A stretch of 63,958 bases of DNA, the filler included, from Octopus bimaculoides (taxonomy: Eukaryota): the NCBI RefSeq assembly GCF_001194135.2. It is 5 parts of 5 records of this genome, joined end to end, with 100 filler letters (N's around TTAATTAATTAA, not from the genome) between each part and the next. Parts side by side here need not be neighbours in the genome. Positions count along the whole stretch, not along the records: positions 5,564 to 30,721 come from NC_068991.1; positions 30,822 to 43,873 come from NC_068998.1; 3 more parts are not named here. One strand, given 5' to 3'. The position numbers were made by a program, and so were the translations under genes. Below, in pieces: positions 23,321 to 36,434 of the stretch. How positions within the stretch are numbered: the stretch's first letter is position 1; every line of letters starts with the position of its first letter. Under the pieces are notes generated by a model. The model was not told the origin of the DNA, searched no databases, and saw only the letters and a program-made list of their open reading frames with translations.

Positions 23321-24251
23321 GGCAACGAGCTGACAGAATTGTTAGCACGGCAGACAAAATGCTTAGTGGTATTTCATCTGCCACTACATTCTGAGTTCAA
23401 ATTCCGCCGAGGTCGACTTTGTCTTTCAGGGTCAATAAATTAAGTACCAGTGAATCACTGGGGTTGATGTAATTGAGTGGTCCCCTCCCCACAAAAATTT
23501 CAGGCCTTGTGCCGTTAGTAGAAAGAATTATTATTATTAGCCGAATTACATTTATTTTAAGGAGAATAAGTTGAGCATTCATTAAAATTCTTGCTCTTAT
23601 TGTTTTATTCAATTTTATTTTTACTACAGTTTTACTTCTTTAAATGTATTTTAACAAAAAAATCTCTCTAATTGCATCATCATTATCATATCATCACTAC
23701 CACCATCACCCATCTCATCCCCACCTTCATCAAAACCCTTATCATCACCACCACCAACAACAACTTCTCTGTCACCCCCCACCCGACTTAAACATCATCA
23801 TCATCATTACCACCATCATCATTATCTTCATCACCATCATCACTACCACTACTATCACCATCATTACTGCCATCATCATCATCATCATCACCACCTCCAT
23901 CATCATCACCACCACTACCATCATCATCTTCACCATCTTCATCACCACCACCATCATCACTGCTGCCATTGCCACAATTGCTTTCATTTGCTTTCTAAAA
24001 AAAAAAACAAGAAAAAGACAAAGAGAATAAATAAAGAAAAAGCAATTTAACAATCAGATTTGAAGAAAAAAAAACAAATAGAAAGTAAGGATTCTCATTA
24101 GTGTCAGGTTGAAAAGAAATCTAATTAGAAATTAAACAAAAAAATTCACCAGCCACCCTTCTTTAAAATTTTGCTAGCTCCACCCCAAAACCCTTTGGTG
24201 AGTTTAGCAAAGAATGGTGGTTCAGAACTCTCTGTGGAAACAAAACTGAAT

Positions 24252-24478
24252 TTAACCATTTTGCTGTTAAACCAGCTGGATCCATTGCATATTTTCTATC
24301 TGCTTTATGTTCAAACAGGCCAGATCAAGTCTCTCACACCTAACCTATTATGTTATTCTTAAAATAAACAATCGCATCGTTGAAATCTCAGAGCTACAAA
24401 CATAATGCATGATTAATTCAAAACAATGTGAATAAATAAGAATTGCACTTGACAGAGTAATCTGAATGCTAAAGCATT
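24252..24478. mobile_element. piggyBac-type MITE (family B)
   Basis: TTAACCATTT ... ttgacagagtaatctgaatgctaaag, similar to 8610-9229 without the SINE. Confidence 0.6.
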
Positions 24479-24682
24479 TTCACTTACAAGGATCATTTCT
24501 AAATACTTCTATGCTGCTGTAAATAGAGAGCTTTGTGGCATAATGGTTAGGATGTTCGGCTCATAATATCATGAGATTAATTCCTGGACAGGATGGTGCA
24601 TCATGTCTTTGAATAAGGCACTTCATTTCACTTTGCTCCATTCTACTCAGCAATAAATGAGTATCATTTGAGTGTTGGTACA

Positions 24683-24685
<3 letters not shown>

Positions 24686-24773
<88 letters not shown>
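24686..24773. repeat. (CT)n microsatellite, representative of many (TA)n, (CA)n, (CT)n, (GAAA)n, (GATA)n and (TACA)n tracts
   Basis: Read directly from the sequence. Most N gaps abut such tracts. Confidence 0.95.
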
Positions 24774-24776
<3 letters not shown>

Positions 24777-26137
24777 TACAGTTTTTACAACATAGATGTA
24801 TCTCTGCATCAAGGGTGAAAGTGCTCATAAAGGATGTCTGTGTCTGCATGTGACTGCATAAGCATCTAAAACACTAAAAGCATGGTACAAGTTATCAAGC
24901 CATTCTCCCTTTTCCCTGTGAGTGATGACTGACAGCTATTTTAGTATTATTATAAACATAGGCATGGCTTAGTGGTTGAGAGGTTTGCATCCCAACCATA
25001 TGATTTCAGGTTTAGTGCAAGGCACCTTGGACAAGTATCTTAAACTATAGCCCCAGGCTGACCAAAGCCTTGTTAGTAAAATTAATAGACAGAAACTAAA
25101 AGAAGCCCATCATGTGATGTGTGTGTGCTTGTGTCTCCTTGTCTTGACATCATGTGATGGTTGTAAATGAATATCACTGCCAAACAACCAATGTTATCCA
25201 TTTCCAATATTCTGTGAAAACATGTCTAGCCATGAGGAAATACTATCTTGCTTAAAATGTACGCGTATCTATACATACACACATATATGAATAAACATAT
25301 GTATACATGCACACATATATAAGCATACATATGCATATAAATGCAAACATATACACCCATAGATATATATATACACACATGCATATATTTAGACATATAC
25401 AATTGATGAAAATCTTAATTTAAATGTTTTCAAGTGATGCCAAATGTTTTGCTTTTCATTTTTTACTTTAATCTATATCTTTCTGCTCAAGGAGAAACCA
25501 CTTCTAGCCACCTTTGTCAGGCAGTCTCAAAACCACATTTTTCAGTTGCAGTTCAAGCCAGAGTTTTAGTGTAAAACCAAACTGAACACTCATAGCACAT
25601 ACCTATTTCATAAAATCAACTGATGAAAATTCCTTCTATACTCTCTATGAAAATCTTATTATTTATATTTATCTGTTTGCTTTAATCTGCTTTTTCTATG
25701 ACATCATTCCATTTATTTTCCTTAAATTCTTAATTTCTGAAATAATTTTTCATTGAAATTTTCCATTTGCTGCAAATATTATAACTATTGCTCTGTAGCA
25801 ATACAATATAATTTGTTATATTCAGTTTTATTGAAGTTAATTTTTATTTTATTTGTTACTAATGTATATATATTGATTTTTGCTAATGATCACTCACATT
25901 ATCCAGCAAATTCCATTATCTTTGCAATGTCATAACCCCTTGCCAAGTCAGCTTTAACTGTTTATTTGATGATTTACCAAATAATCATCATGGTATCATT
26001 TATAAACATAGACCATCGCATTGTATTGCATTGTTCCAAAAGTTCACTTCTGCGAGATAATCGGTTATGTAAAACTTGAAGCATTAGCTTGTGAAGATTC
26101 TCGGCTTCAGCAATAAAACACTATCTCTCTCTCTTTA

Positions 26138-26169
<32 letters not shown>

Positions 26170-26768
26170 ATATATANNNNNNNNNNNNNNNNNNNNNNNN
26201 NNNNNNNNNNNNNNNNNNNNNNNNNNNNNNNNNNNNNNNNNNNNNNNNNNNNNNNNNNNNNNNNNNNNNNNNNNNNNNNNNNNNNNNNNNNNNNNNNNNN
26301 NNNNNNNNNNNNNNNNNNNNNNNNNNNNNNNNNNNNNNNNNNNNNNNNNNNNNNNNNNNNNNNNNNNNNNNNNNNNNNNNNNNNNNNNNNNNNNNNNNNN
26401 NNNNNNNNNNNNNNNNNNNNNNNNNNNNNNNNNNNNNNNNNNNNNNNNNNNNNNNNNNNNNNNNNNNNNNNNNNNNNNNNNNNNNNNNNNNNNNNNNNNN
26501 NNNNNNNNNNNNNNNNNNNNNNNNNNNNNNNNNNNNNNNNNNNNNNNNNNNNNNNNNNNNNNNNNNNNNNNNNNNNNNNNNNNNNNNNNNNNNNNNNNNN
26601 NNNNNNNNNNNNNNNNNNNNNNNNNNNNNNNNNNNNNNNNNNNNNNNNNNNNNNNNNNNNNNNNNNNNNNNNNNNNNNNNNNNNNNNNNNNNNNNNNNNN
26701 NNNNNNNNNNNNNNNNNNNNNNNNNNNNNNNNNNNNNNNNNNNNNNNNNNNNNNNNNNNNNNNATATA

Positions 26769-27654
26769 CAGGGTGCAGTGAATAAACTGTCATCTAAATT
26801 ACGCAAAAATGAAAATAACACTGACATCTCATTTTAACAGATATATTTACCAGAATTACATAAAAGTATCTTGAAATACCAAACAGTAAATTTATTCAAT
26901 AAAATCACCATTGGCTTCAACCACAGCCTCCAGATGACTTTGGAATCTCCTGTGACTCTTCTGGATGGTCTCCTTGTCTAAGTTGGTGAATGCTGCCCAT
27001 AATCCTTGCCTTCAGCTTATCTTTGATATTACAAGGAGTTTTGTTGATCTCTCACACTACTGTGCCCCACACATAATAATCAAAGGGCTTGCTGTCTGGG
27101 GAGTTAGGTGGCCAGATGTTAGGGGTGGTGTGGTCGCAGAAATTGTCTGACACCCATGACTGGGTTCTTCTGCTTGTGTGGAAGGTGCAGAGTCCTGTTG
27201 CCAGACATAGGGTCTTCCAGCAGCCACCTTCTTGACCCAGGGTAGCACTACCTCTTCCAGGCACTTGATGTAGGCCTGTGTTGAGTATGAGGTCATGTGG
27301 GATGATGAATGGAGGCATAACATCACCATCACTAGTGATCATGCCAAACATCATGATGCTGACTGGATGTTTGATTTTTATCACTGTCGGTACATGTCTG
27401 CAGATTGCACTGTCCTCAGATTGACACCCAAACACTCTGAAATGTTCATACTGGTGCTTCCAGCATGAATGCCAAGCAGTACAGCTTGTTGTTTCTAAAT
27501 TTCTGACAGTGAATTGCATCATGGTGCTTTTTTTTCTCAAAGACGGTGCCCAACTGACCCTACTATAGCGTGTAGTTGATAAAATCAAAAACAAACTATG
27601 CACATGTGCGAAATTAAAACTATAAGATGGTGACAATTTACTCATCACACCCTG
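26769..27654 (-). mobile_element. maT (DD37D) Tc1/mariner element, internally deleted
   Basis: Ends CAGGGTGCAGTGAATAAACTGTC and the reverse complement of CAGGGTGTGATGAGTAAATTGTC, with TA on both flanks. Transposase remnant YVWQQDSAP..TSRRTQSW...WPPNSPDSKPFDYYVW shows D-37-D spacing across a frameshift. Confidence 0.88.
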
Positions 27655-27985
27655 TATATATACATTTATCGCATATATAGAAACACACATAGCTGAATAT
27701 GTGTGTGTGTGTTATGTACAAAAGCAAAAGAACTTAAATAGATATAAGTATCACAAAGCCTGATTGTGGGTGAATTAAGAATGTAAGCACATTCTATGCT
27801 GTTAATATATAGAGAAAAGAGGGAGGCAGATGCCTATCGAATTAGATTCATTCTATGAGCCTACTAAACTTTAGGGTATACAGAACTGAGTCAAACTGTT
27901 ATTAAATAATATATGTAACTCCTGTCAAATGTGTTGTGTGCTACTTTCTTCCATTTATATATATATATTTATGTATGTATACATA

Positions 27986-29451
27986 TTTGAGGTTGGAATG
28001 AAAGTCTGGATATGTTTTTGACATCATCTCTTTGAGGGTCACCTTCTCCATATTTATAGTAAAATAAATATTAATTTTTACAATCTAATGGTTTTTTTCG
28101 TCTTTCTTTGCAAACTATTTTATACTATAGTGGTTAAATTCATATTGATCTTATTCTTGTAAAATGAGATTAGATCAGACCCATATCAGACGCTACATGC
28201 TTTGTAAATTCAAAAGGGTCTCTTCAGCAATGGAAACAGCATGATATATTTGTTCTGTCTAAGGAAACAAAGTTTTAACTGTCCAGACATGCCAATGATG
28301 GTTTGACTAGTTTCACTTGAGAAATGTTTTTTTTGCAGATTCCCCTTAATTTGGATGGCAAAGTTCTGTCAATACTGAGCTTCTGAAAACCATAGTTGAA
28401 GGAAATCTAAAGCAAACTACATGAGAACTAGCAACACAGTGCAGTTCAAATCACATGTTGATAAAAATAAACACCTTTATGAAGTAGAAAAAATGTCTAA
28501 ACCTGGTCAGTGGGGACCTCATCATCTGACTGCTTTTCAGCTTAATCAAAGAGTTGCCCTCTGCTTATCATTGATGAACTATTCAACATTTCCTGGGTAG
28601 ATTCATTATAAGTAATGATAAGTAGTTTCTCTATACTCATATCTGATGAAAATGACAGAACAGAGGTTAGCACCCAATGGAAAAGGAGAAACCATCTCCA
28701 AACCAGGGCTACACCTGAAAAAAAGTTATGCACTTTCTTTGGTGGGGATATGAAGGGTGTTGTTTACTATGAAGTGTTATGCCAAAATGAAACGGTCAAT
28801 GCAGTGAAATATTGTCATTGATTGCTTTAGATTTTCCTCAATTATGGTCGTTCAAATCAAGGGGAATCTGAACAAGAAAAAATTTCCCAAGTGAAAGAGG
28901 TCAAGCCATCATTGCCATGTTTGGATAATTAAAACTTCATTTCCATAGACAAAACAAATATTTTTTGCTGCTTCCATTGCTGAAGAGTCCCCTTTGAATT
29001 TGTAGAGCAAACAGAGTCTGATATGGATCTGAACTAATCTCATTGCTCACCATTTGTATACCATAAAAGGTTGTTGCTCTTACACAATAATGCAAGACCA
29101 GATATTGCCCAAATTACTCATGGAAAGTCATAGTACTAAATATAAATACAAGAGCTTTGTCTCATCCTCCTTGCTCTCCTTGCCTTTCTCCCTCTGACTA
29201 TTATCTTTTCAGATCATTACAACATTATTTAGAGGAAAAATAGTTTATAAATTGTGGAGAGGTTAAAGATGATATCGAGTATTTTGTTACTTCAAAACCC
29301 AAAGAATTTTACACCTGAGGAACCAATAATTTGTCAAATATATTGGATTACATTATCAATAATGACAGGAATATTATTATGATTAAGACCAAAGAAGCAT
29401 TTGGTTCTTTCCCATCCTGAAATGTAAAAAGACTTCCTTTCCAATCTAAAA
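27986..29451 (+). mobile_element. Mariner (DD34D) element, decayed, carrying an internal inverted copy of a transposase 5' region
   Basis: Imperfect 21-bp TIRs (TTTGAGGTTGGAATGAAAGTC and TTTTAGATTGGAAAGGAAGTC). Contains HTH remnants from 28164, DMKGVVYYEVL..NETVNA, LHNNARP and HPPCSP.LSPSDYYLFRSLQH. Confidence 0.85.
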
Positions 29452-30050
29452 CATGCCCTCCCCAAACACACATGCACATATGCATGCACACACAAACAGA
29501 CACACACACACACACGCATAAATTTTCAGCCCTTCAATGATGAAAATTTTTTGTGAGCAGCTGGAGCTAGTTAAAACTGTATCCATCCCAGACAACCAAC
29601 CAACTAACGAGCCAACCAACCAACCAGTCAGTCAGTCATCCTCAACAACCCTTCCTTTATCCCTTCTGAAACTAAAGGATAAACTGAAAAAAAAAAAAAA
29701 ACCAAGGTTATATGCCAACCCCTAAAAACAGACTTGGAATTTTGGTGAAATAATGGGAAAAAAACCTCTGCAGTGTCTTTGAAGTTTTTTCTCTTACTGT
29801 CTTCTCTTGTGACTTCTCACCAGAAATAATTACAAACATACCATCTCTGCTGTATAAGGCAGTAACATCTTGCATGGGTAATAAAGGTGGATAAAAATGA
29901 AAGAAAGCAAGGAAAAGATAGAAAGAAAGAAAGAAGTATGTCTTAAATGTATGACTTTTACTGCCAATGGAATGCCTATATATATTTGTTGCAGGCATAT
30001 ATATGCATTTAATATATGTGTGTGTTTATATATATACATACATACATACA

Positions 30051-30113
<63 letters not shown>

Positions 30114-30288
30114 ATATATATGCACGTATTTGTCTGTGTATATTATGGCATGTGAGTTTATATTTATTGTGTGTGAATGGGGTGTGTAGGGTGGGAAATT
30201 CAGGCACACATTGAACACACGTAGATATACACATATGTATCTATTTATTAATCTTTGTCTCTTTCTCATTGGCTCTCTCTCTCTCTCT

Positions 30289-30327
<39 letters not shown>

Positions 30328-30721
30328 CAAGCATACATACACATACACATTTATACATATATGTGTTTTTATATGTTTATATGTGTGTGTATATGCATAT
30401 ATACGTATACATTCACACATACACACACACACACACACATACGCATCATGCAATAGCTCAAAGCTACACATTTAGAAGGGAAGAGGTATAGTCCACAAAA
30501 CTGTCTATATACATTTACTTATAGATTAGGAGGGAGTAAGAAAAAGGAAACTAGGCCAGGCATAGGTGGGTTTGAACTCATAATGTAGTGATGTGTAACT
30601 AAATAATAAATATGCTTGTCTATTACACAAGTTTCTGACAATCCCCAGGTCCCTGATGTAATACACATGCATATATGATATACACACACACAATTATATA
30701 TATATATATATATATATATAT

Positions 30722-30821
30722 NNNNNNNNNNNNNNNNNNNNNNNNNNNNNNNNNNNNNNNNNNNNTTAATTAATTAANNNNNNNNNNNNNNNNNNNNNNN
30801 NNNNNNNNNNNNNNNNNNNNN
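30722..30821. other. Artificial scaffold-joining spacer
   Basis: Identical N44-TTAATTAATTAA-N44 structure. Confidence 0.95.
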
Positions 30822-33313
30822 ATATATACATACATACATATATACATACATACATATATAATCTTTTTTTTATTTTTCCCGTGTTTCAGTCATGTGACTG
30901 AGAACATGCTGCAGTATCACCGCACGACGCCATTAAGTGTTTTAGTCGAACAAATCGATCCCAAGACCTTTTCTAAAACGTAGCACTTATTCTATTGCTC
31001 CCTTTACCCGAATCGGTTACTTATAAATGTGAGTTATAAATGTATAACTACATAACGATTTCATACACATGCACACTCTTCTTTTAGTCCCTCCCCTTCT
31101 CACACTTCCCCACGTAAAGAACTACAGTCATAAATCTTTACTGGACGACAAGCAGTTTCCATCAGATCTGGGACTGAGTTGTCCTTCAAAAAAGAGACCT
31201 AATCATTAAAGAAGCCAAAGAAAGCCAATGCAGACTCAATCACGGATACACTTATAGGCTGTCATGCGAGTGTACATACACAATCACACATACATATGCA
31301 TACGCGCGCACACTCACCCACACACACGCGCATACACACAGATACACATACTTTTCATTGGCTCTCACCCTTCCTTTCTTTTGTAAGCAACAACACTTAT
31401 ACAAGCACACATACACGCAAGCATATACACTAGCACAAAACTGGCTCTCAGGTAGACTCGAAGCAGATATGGATGAGTGGCTGCATATCATTTCTGTAAA
31501 GCAATGAAATATCTCTGACACATACACAATCAGTCTGTTGCTAAAACAACACGTTAAACAAACAATCAATTAGTTGGTTAGACAATTCACCTCTTGACCA
31601 ACTGATATTGAAGAAATGCGTGTGTTTAATACTACTAGCACAGTTCCTTTCGTAGTTTGTAGGCCGATAATAGAGGATCTGTCAGAAGATTCCCACTTAC
31701 CCTATGACATCAAAATTATAAATTCCTGATTAGACATAAACACATACACATACAAACACAAACGCATATGCATTTGCACATACACATATAATGACCATCG
31801 CAAAATCACTTGTTCACGTCAAGATACATGCGCACCAAATACCAAAACTAAATAAGATAATTTCATCATAATTGATGTTCAAATACATGCTACCAGCCAC
31901 TCTGAAGTATTTTTTGGCTCCGTTTTGCTTACATAATCTGAGGAAGGAAAGGTAAATAAAAGAAAAGAAATAGCGGACTCTAGTCAGTGAATTGAATTTG
32001 AACTCGAATGAAGAGCCAATTATACAAAATACTATAAAAATAAATTCTTAATTGAATCAAATTTTCTACAAGAGATAATTGTGATTGATAACGAATTATG
32101 ACAGGTCATTCCAATGTGTCGACGATTATCCAGAATTTAAATGGCTTTAAAGAAAGATACAATATTTTTTTTTAATCAAAGAACGAGATGACAACTATGA
32201 AATCTCTTTCGGACTTCGCAGAAGCAATTGGACAACTATTGTCTTACTTTGAGTTCAACTAAACATAAATTTTTAAGATGACTTGAGTGTATATCGCTGA
32301 ATGAAGTTTACATAGCTTAAGGAGGAAAAAAGCGCCCAGAAATAGGTCTAAGTACCCAGTTGCATTAATCTCAACTACAAAGGTGGGAAAATAAGACAAA
32401 ACTTCACCTCATATAATATTCTTTAAAGCTTTCGCGCAGATTCATTTCGTAGCTTGTTATCAGTAATAAAGCATCTCTCTAAAGATTCCCAGTATTTCCC
32501 TTTCACATAGAAATTATAACACACTGATGACACAGACACACAGACACACACACGCACTGAAGTAGACACACACACGCACTGAAGTAGACACACACTCACG
32601 TGCATTTGCAAATAGGTATTCATACACGTGTTTGTACGTAAGTATACATGCTTATATATATATATATATATGTTTATATCAATCTACAAACATATTGCAT
32701 ATATCTACGAACCACTCTTTCTTTCTCTCTCTGTCTCTGTCTCTGTCTATCTCTGTCTGTCTCTGTCTCTGTCTGTCTGTTTGTCTCTCTCTCTATGTAT
32801 ATATATATACATATATATATATATGCAAAAGTCTTCAATCATTCCTTAGACAAAATGTATATGTTTTCCCGCTTTATCCAATCAAATAGAAGAGATTATG
32901 CATACATGAGTCATTAATTAAGCTTGTGGATATACTAATTGGTTTCAAATTTTGCCACAAATCCAGCAATTTCGGTGGAGGATGTAAGATAATTATCTCG
33001 ACACCTGTACTGAACTGGCACTTCCTTTATTCACTCGAAAGTATGAAAGACAAAGCTCAAATTCGATACTGATTAAACAATCTAAACGTTATGTGCTACT
33101 CAACATGAACCACAATAAAAGTTGAAATAAATATGACTATTAAGAAAACCACACTGTGAATATCGTATCTCATTCTTTATGGAAAGAAATCGGGTACAAT
33201 TTGAGTCAAGAAAACGTAAATAGTTGTGTTAGATCATTTGCGTTTCTTTTTCTGCGCATTAAAATCATTGAATTAAAGATATTTTAATTATTATCATACT
33301 TAGTATTTATATA

Positions 33314-34320
33314 TAGGGTGTGTAAGGTGGTTAGGCACATATTTGTTATGTCATTGCTGCATTTTTTGCTTACTTTGTATAATCTTTGTTTCAGAAAATA
33401 ATAATGGCAGACCCTCAGCTTACTCAAGAAATGAAGAGGCATGCTGCTATTGTGGTTATAAAGGCTGAGCATAGCGATTTAGAAACATCTCGATTTCTAA
33501 AAGTTGCCAGATCATTCGTCTACAAAGTTTCTCAGGAGCTAGAAACTGAAGATGGAAACGTATCACCAGTATCAATGCAATAAAAACATATTTCAAACAC
33601 TCTAAAATCATCCGAACATCTGAATTTATCCAGCAAGTTCAGCAGTCCATTGAGTTCAGAAAGTTCAGAAAGTTCATTAGATCAATTGCAAAAGATCTCC
33701 ATGTGTCAGAAGGAACGTTCAGGCATGTTGTCCACGGGGACATCAGATATAAGACTTATATGATGAAGAACGTTCAATTCGTCTGCAAAAGCTAAAGGAA
33801 ATCAGTACATAATATCTAAAAGGCTCTTGCACAAACTGAAAACATTTGATTTGGTTTTTCTTAAACGAGAAAAGCATCGACCAAGATGAAAAAGTTAAAC
33901 AGAAGTAACAGATGGTTATGTGCAGACACTTCCGAAGTTCCAAGGTTTATGCATAGAAAATTTCCTACAACTCAAATGGTTTTAGGAGTTGTCAGAAATG
34001 AAGGACATGTAGTGTATCGTTGCTTCTTTCCACAAGGCCTTAGAGTAAACTTGCCGCCTACATTGCATTGTTAAATAATTGTTAAACCCTGGATAGACAG
34101 TGTTTGCAATGAAAAGCCATATGTGTTTCAATAAGACTCTGCGCTATCACACATGACTCTAATAACACAAGAATCGATGACTGAAAATGTTCATGATCAC
34201 ATTACCCCCAAATTTGGCCTCCTACTTCCCCAGATCATGTGGAGCGTTGTTGAGGGAGAGGTCAATAAACACGCATATAACACCAAAGATTCTTAGAAAG
34301 CTGCCATAGTCACAGAAATG
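33314..34320 (+). mobile_element. Decayed maT/Tc1-mariner element of a second subfamily
   Basis: Starts TA-TAGGGTGTG. Contains MKRHAAIVVIKAEHSDLETSRFLKVARSFVYKV (HTH), RWLCADTSEVP..MHRKFP...MVLGVVRNEGHV and YVFQ*DSALSH. Confidence 0.75.
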
Positions 34321-35658
34321 GGCTCTTAACTTTTGAACTATTCTATATTGTATGTCTTAATTACAACAAAAGGGTAATATACCATATTTATTAATGAACA
34401 ACTGGTAAATATGCTAATGCCTCATAGAGCTGGATGTCTTGATGGTAAATATGCTAATGCCTCGTAGAGTTGGATGTCTTGAAATAAGGTTTGCAATTTA
34501 GACATCTGAAATACTGGTAAATCACATAATCTATATTCACTGATATAAAATATATAATAAGCGCAATGACACAACGAGATTTTGAAGTATCTTTTTTGCT
34601 GTGGGCAACACGTTCACTCTTAAACATGTCATGTTGTTAATACGCCTGTATGATGCAAGCTGCATATACATGTAGATATTGAATGCACATTCTAAATATA
34701 CAAAGTGAATCAAAATTTCCAGTTAGTAAGCCGTTTCAAATTAAACATTAAAATGATATAGCAGAATAAAGCGGTGAGCTGTCATAATAGTTTGCATGCC
34801 TTGCAAAATGCTTAGCATCATACCGTCCATTTGTATGTTTTGAGCTGAAATTCTGCCGGGGTCGACTTTGGTTTTCATCCCCTCCGGATCGATAAGATAA
34901 GTACCAGTTGCGCACTGGGGTCGATGTCATCGACTTATTCTCTTCCCCGGTGTTTTGCTAGCATTGATGCCAAACTTTGATATCGATATTATCTGGCAAA
35001 TTAGAATGTGAATATCAGATAGCTGTTGTTTTCGTCATCAGAGAAAACCTACTCACTTTAGAAGACATGTGCTTATAACGCGATTCAGTTTTATGAATTC
35101 ATGAGGTGCATACATCTACAAATACTGCTATACATAACACGCGACAAAATAAAAAAGACACCAACAAAAAACAAACAAACAAACAAATAAGCAAAGGAAA
35201 CATGTAAACAGTAACCACGATATACTGCGTAAATCTGGTAGATTAATTAGAAATGTTATTTAAAATATTAGGAAATTCAATGCACAACTAATGCACAGAA
35301 GTCACGGCATAAATACACAAATAAGCACTAATTGGAAGAATAACAAAATTGTTAATATGAATGCATGTATCGTTTCTTTCAAACTACGTTGTAACTTGTA
35401 TTACAAAACATTTTATCCAGAATATAAAGCTACGCGTATACACAATGGACCTGAAAAGTTTAACGTTCGTGCAATTAAAATGGGTCATGAACACTTGAGA
35501 AAGAAGGAAATTAATACTAGGAAAATCATGTAAAATTAAAAATATAAGCGTAAAAATGTAGTCGGGATTTCAATGAACCTCACCACATAGTATAAATACA
35601 TACCACACGTACACACATACACACACATATATATATACATATATATATATGCAGATAC

Positions 35659-35692
<34 letters not shown>

Positions 35693-36371
35693 NNNNNNNN
35701 NNNNNNNNNNNNNNNNNNNNNNNNNNNNNNNNNNNNNNNNNNNNNNNNNNNNNNNNNNNNNNNNNNNNNNNNNNNNNNNNNNNNNNNNNNNNNNNNNNNN
35801 NNNNNNNNNNNNNNNNNNNNNNNNNNNNNNNNNNNNNNNNNNNNNNNNNNNNNNNNNNNNNNNNNNNNNNNNNNNNNNNNNNNNNNNNNNNNNNNNNNNN
35901 NNNNNNNNNNNNNNNNNNNNNNNNNNNNNNNNNNNNNNNNNNNNNNNNNNNNNNNNNNNNNNNNNNNNNNNNNNNNNNNNNNNNNNNNNNNNNNNNNNNN
36001 NNNNNNNNNNNNNNNNNNNNNNNNNNNNNNNNNNNNNNNNNNNNNNNNNNNNNNNNNNNNNNNNNNNNNNNNNNNNNNNNNNNNNNNNNNNNNNNNNNNN
36101 NNNNNNNNNNNNNNNNNNNNNNNNNNNNNNNGTGTGTGTGTGTGTGTGTGTGGTGTGTGTGTGTTCATATAATGATATCTCCACAATGTATTGGTGAGAT
36201 AAACATGTAATCGTTACCAAAATAGCAAAAATTTATCCCTAAAGGTCTATAGTAGACTCCTTATGGATCGATTTCCTTTGTTATATATCAAAAATTTAAA
36301 TGAGAGATTTGACGCTCATAAATTTCAATATTAAACTTCTGTAAAAATATGTGACACTTATTCGGTAGCCA

Positions 36372-36434
36372 TGATAAAACTCCGAGTTTCGGATGCCAGG
36401 GTGGGAGCCCACGCTAACGTCTCTTCAGTTATCA
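36372..36434 (-). ncRNA. Type I hammerhead ribozyme motif (degenerate)
   Basis: Minus strand reads TGATAA-CTGAAGA-[GACGTTAGCGTGGGCTCCCACCCTGGCATCC]-GAAA-CTCGGAG-TT-TTATCA. Stem I is 6 bp (TGATAA/TTATCA), stem III is near-palindromic, the triplet is GUU, and stem II pairs with a one-base register slip. Confidence 0.65.

Larger units (their letters stand above)
21905..23540 (+). repeat. Head-to-tail train of (ATT)n-tailed SINEs (family 2) with nested SINEs
   Basis: Units with gagctgacagaat...ttctgagttcaaattcc...ctttgcctttcatcctttc...ccttgtgcctttagtagaaagg(att)n at about 21905-22470, 22926-23132, 23133-23320 (5'-truncated) and 23321-23540. Confidence 0.85.

Noticed and set aside
30900-31300. 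Apparent CpG-island-like transition and promoter for a minus-strand gene
   Set aside because: The composition change coincides with the spacer at 30722-30821 and simply reflects a different assembly piece.
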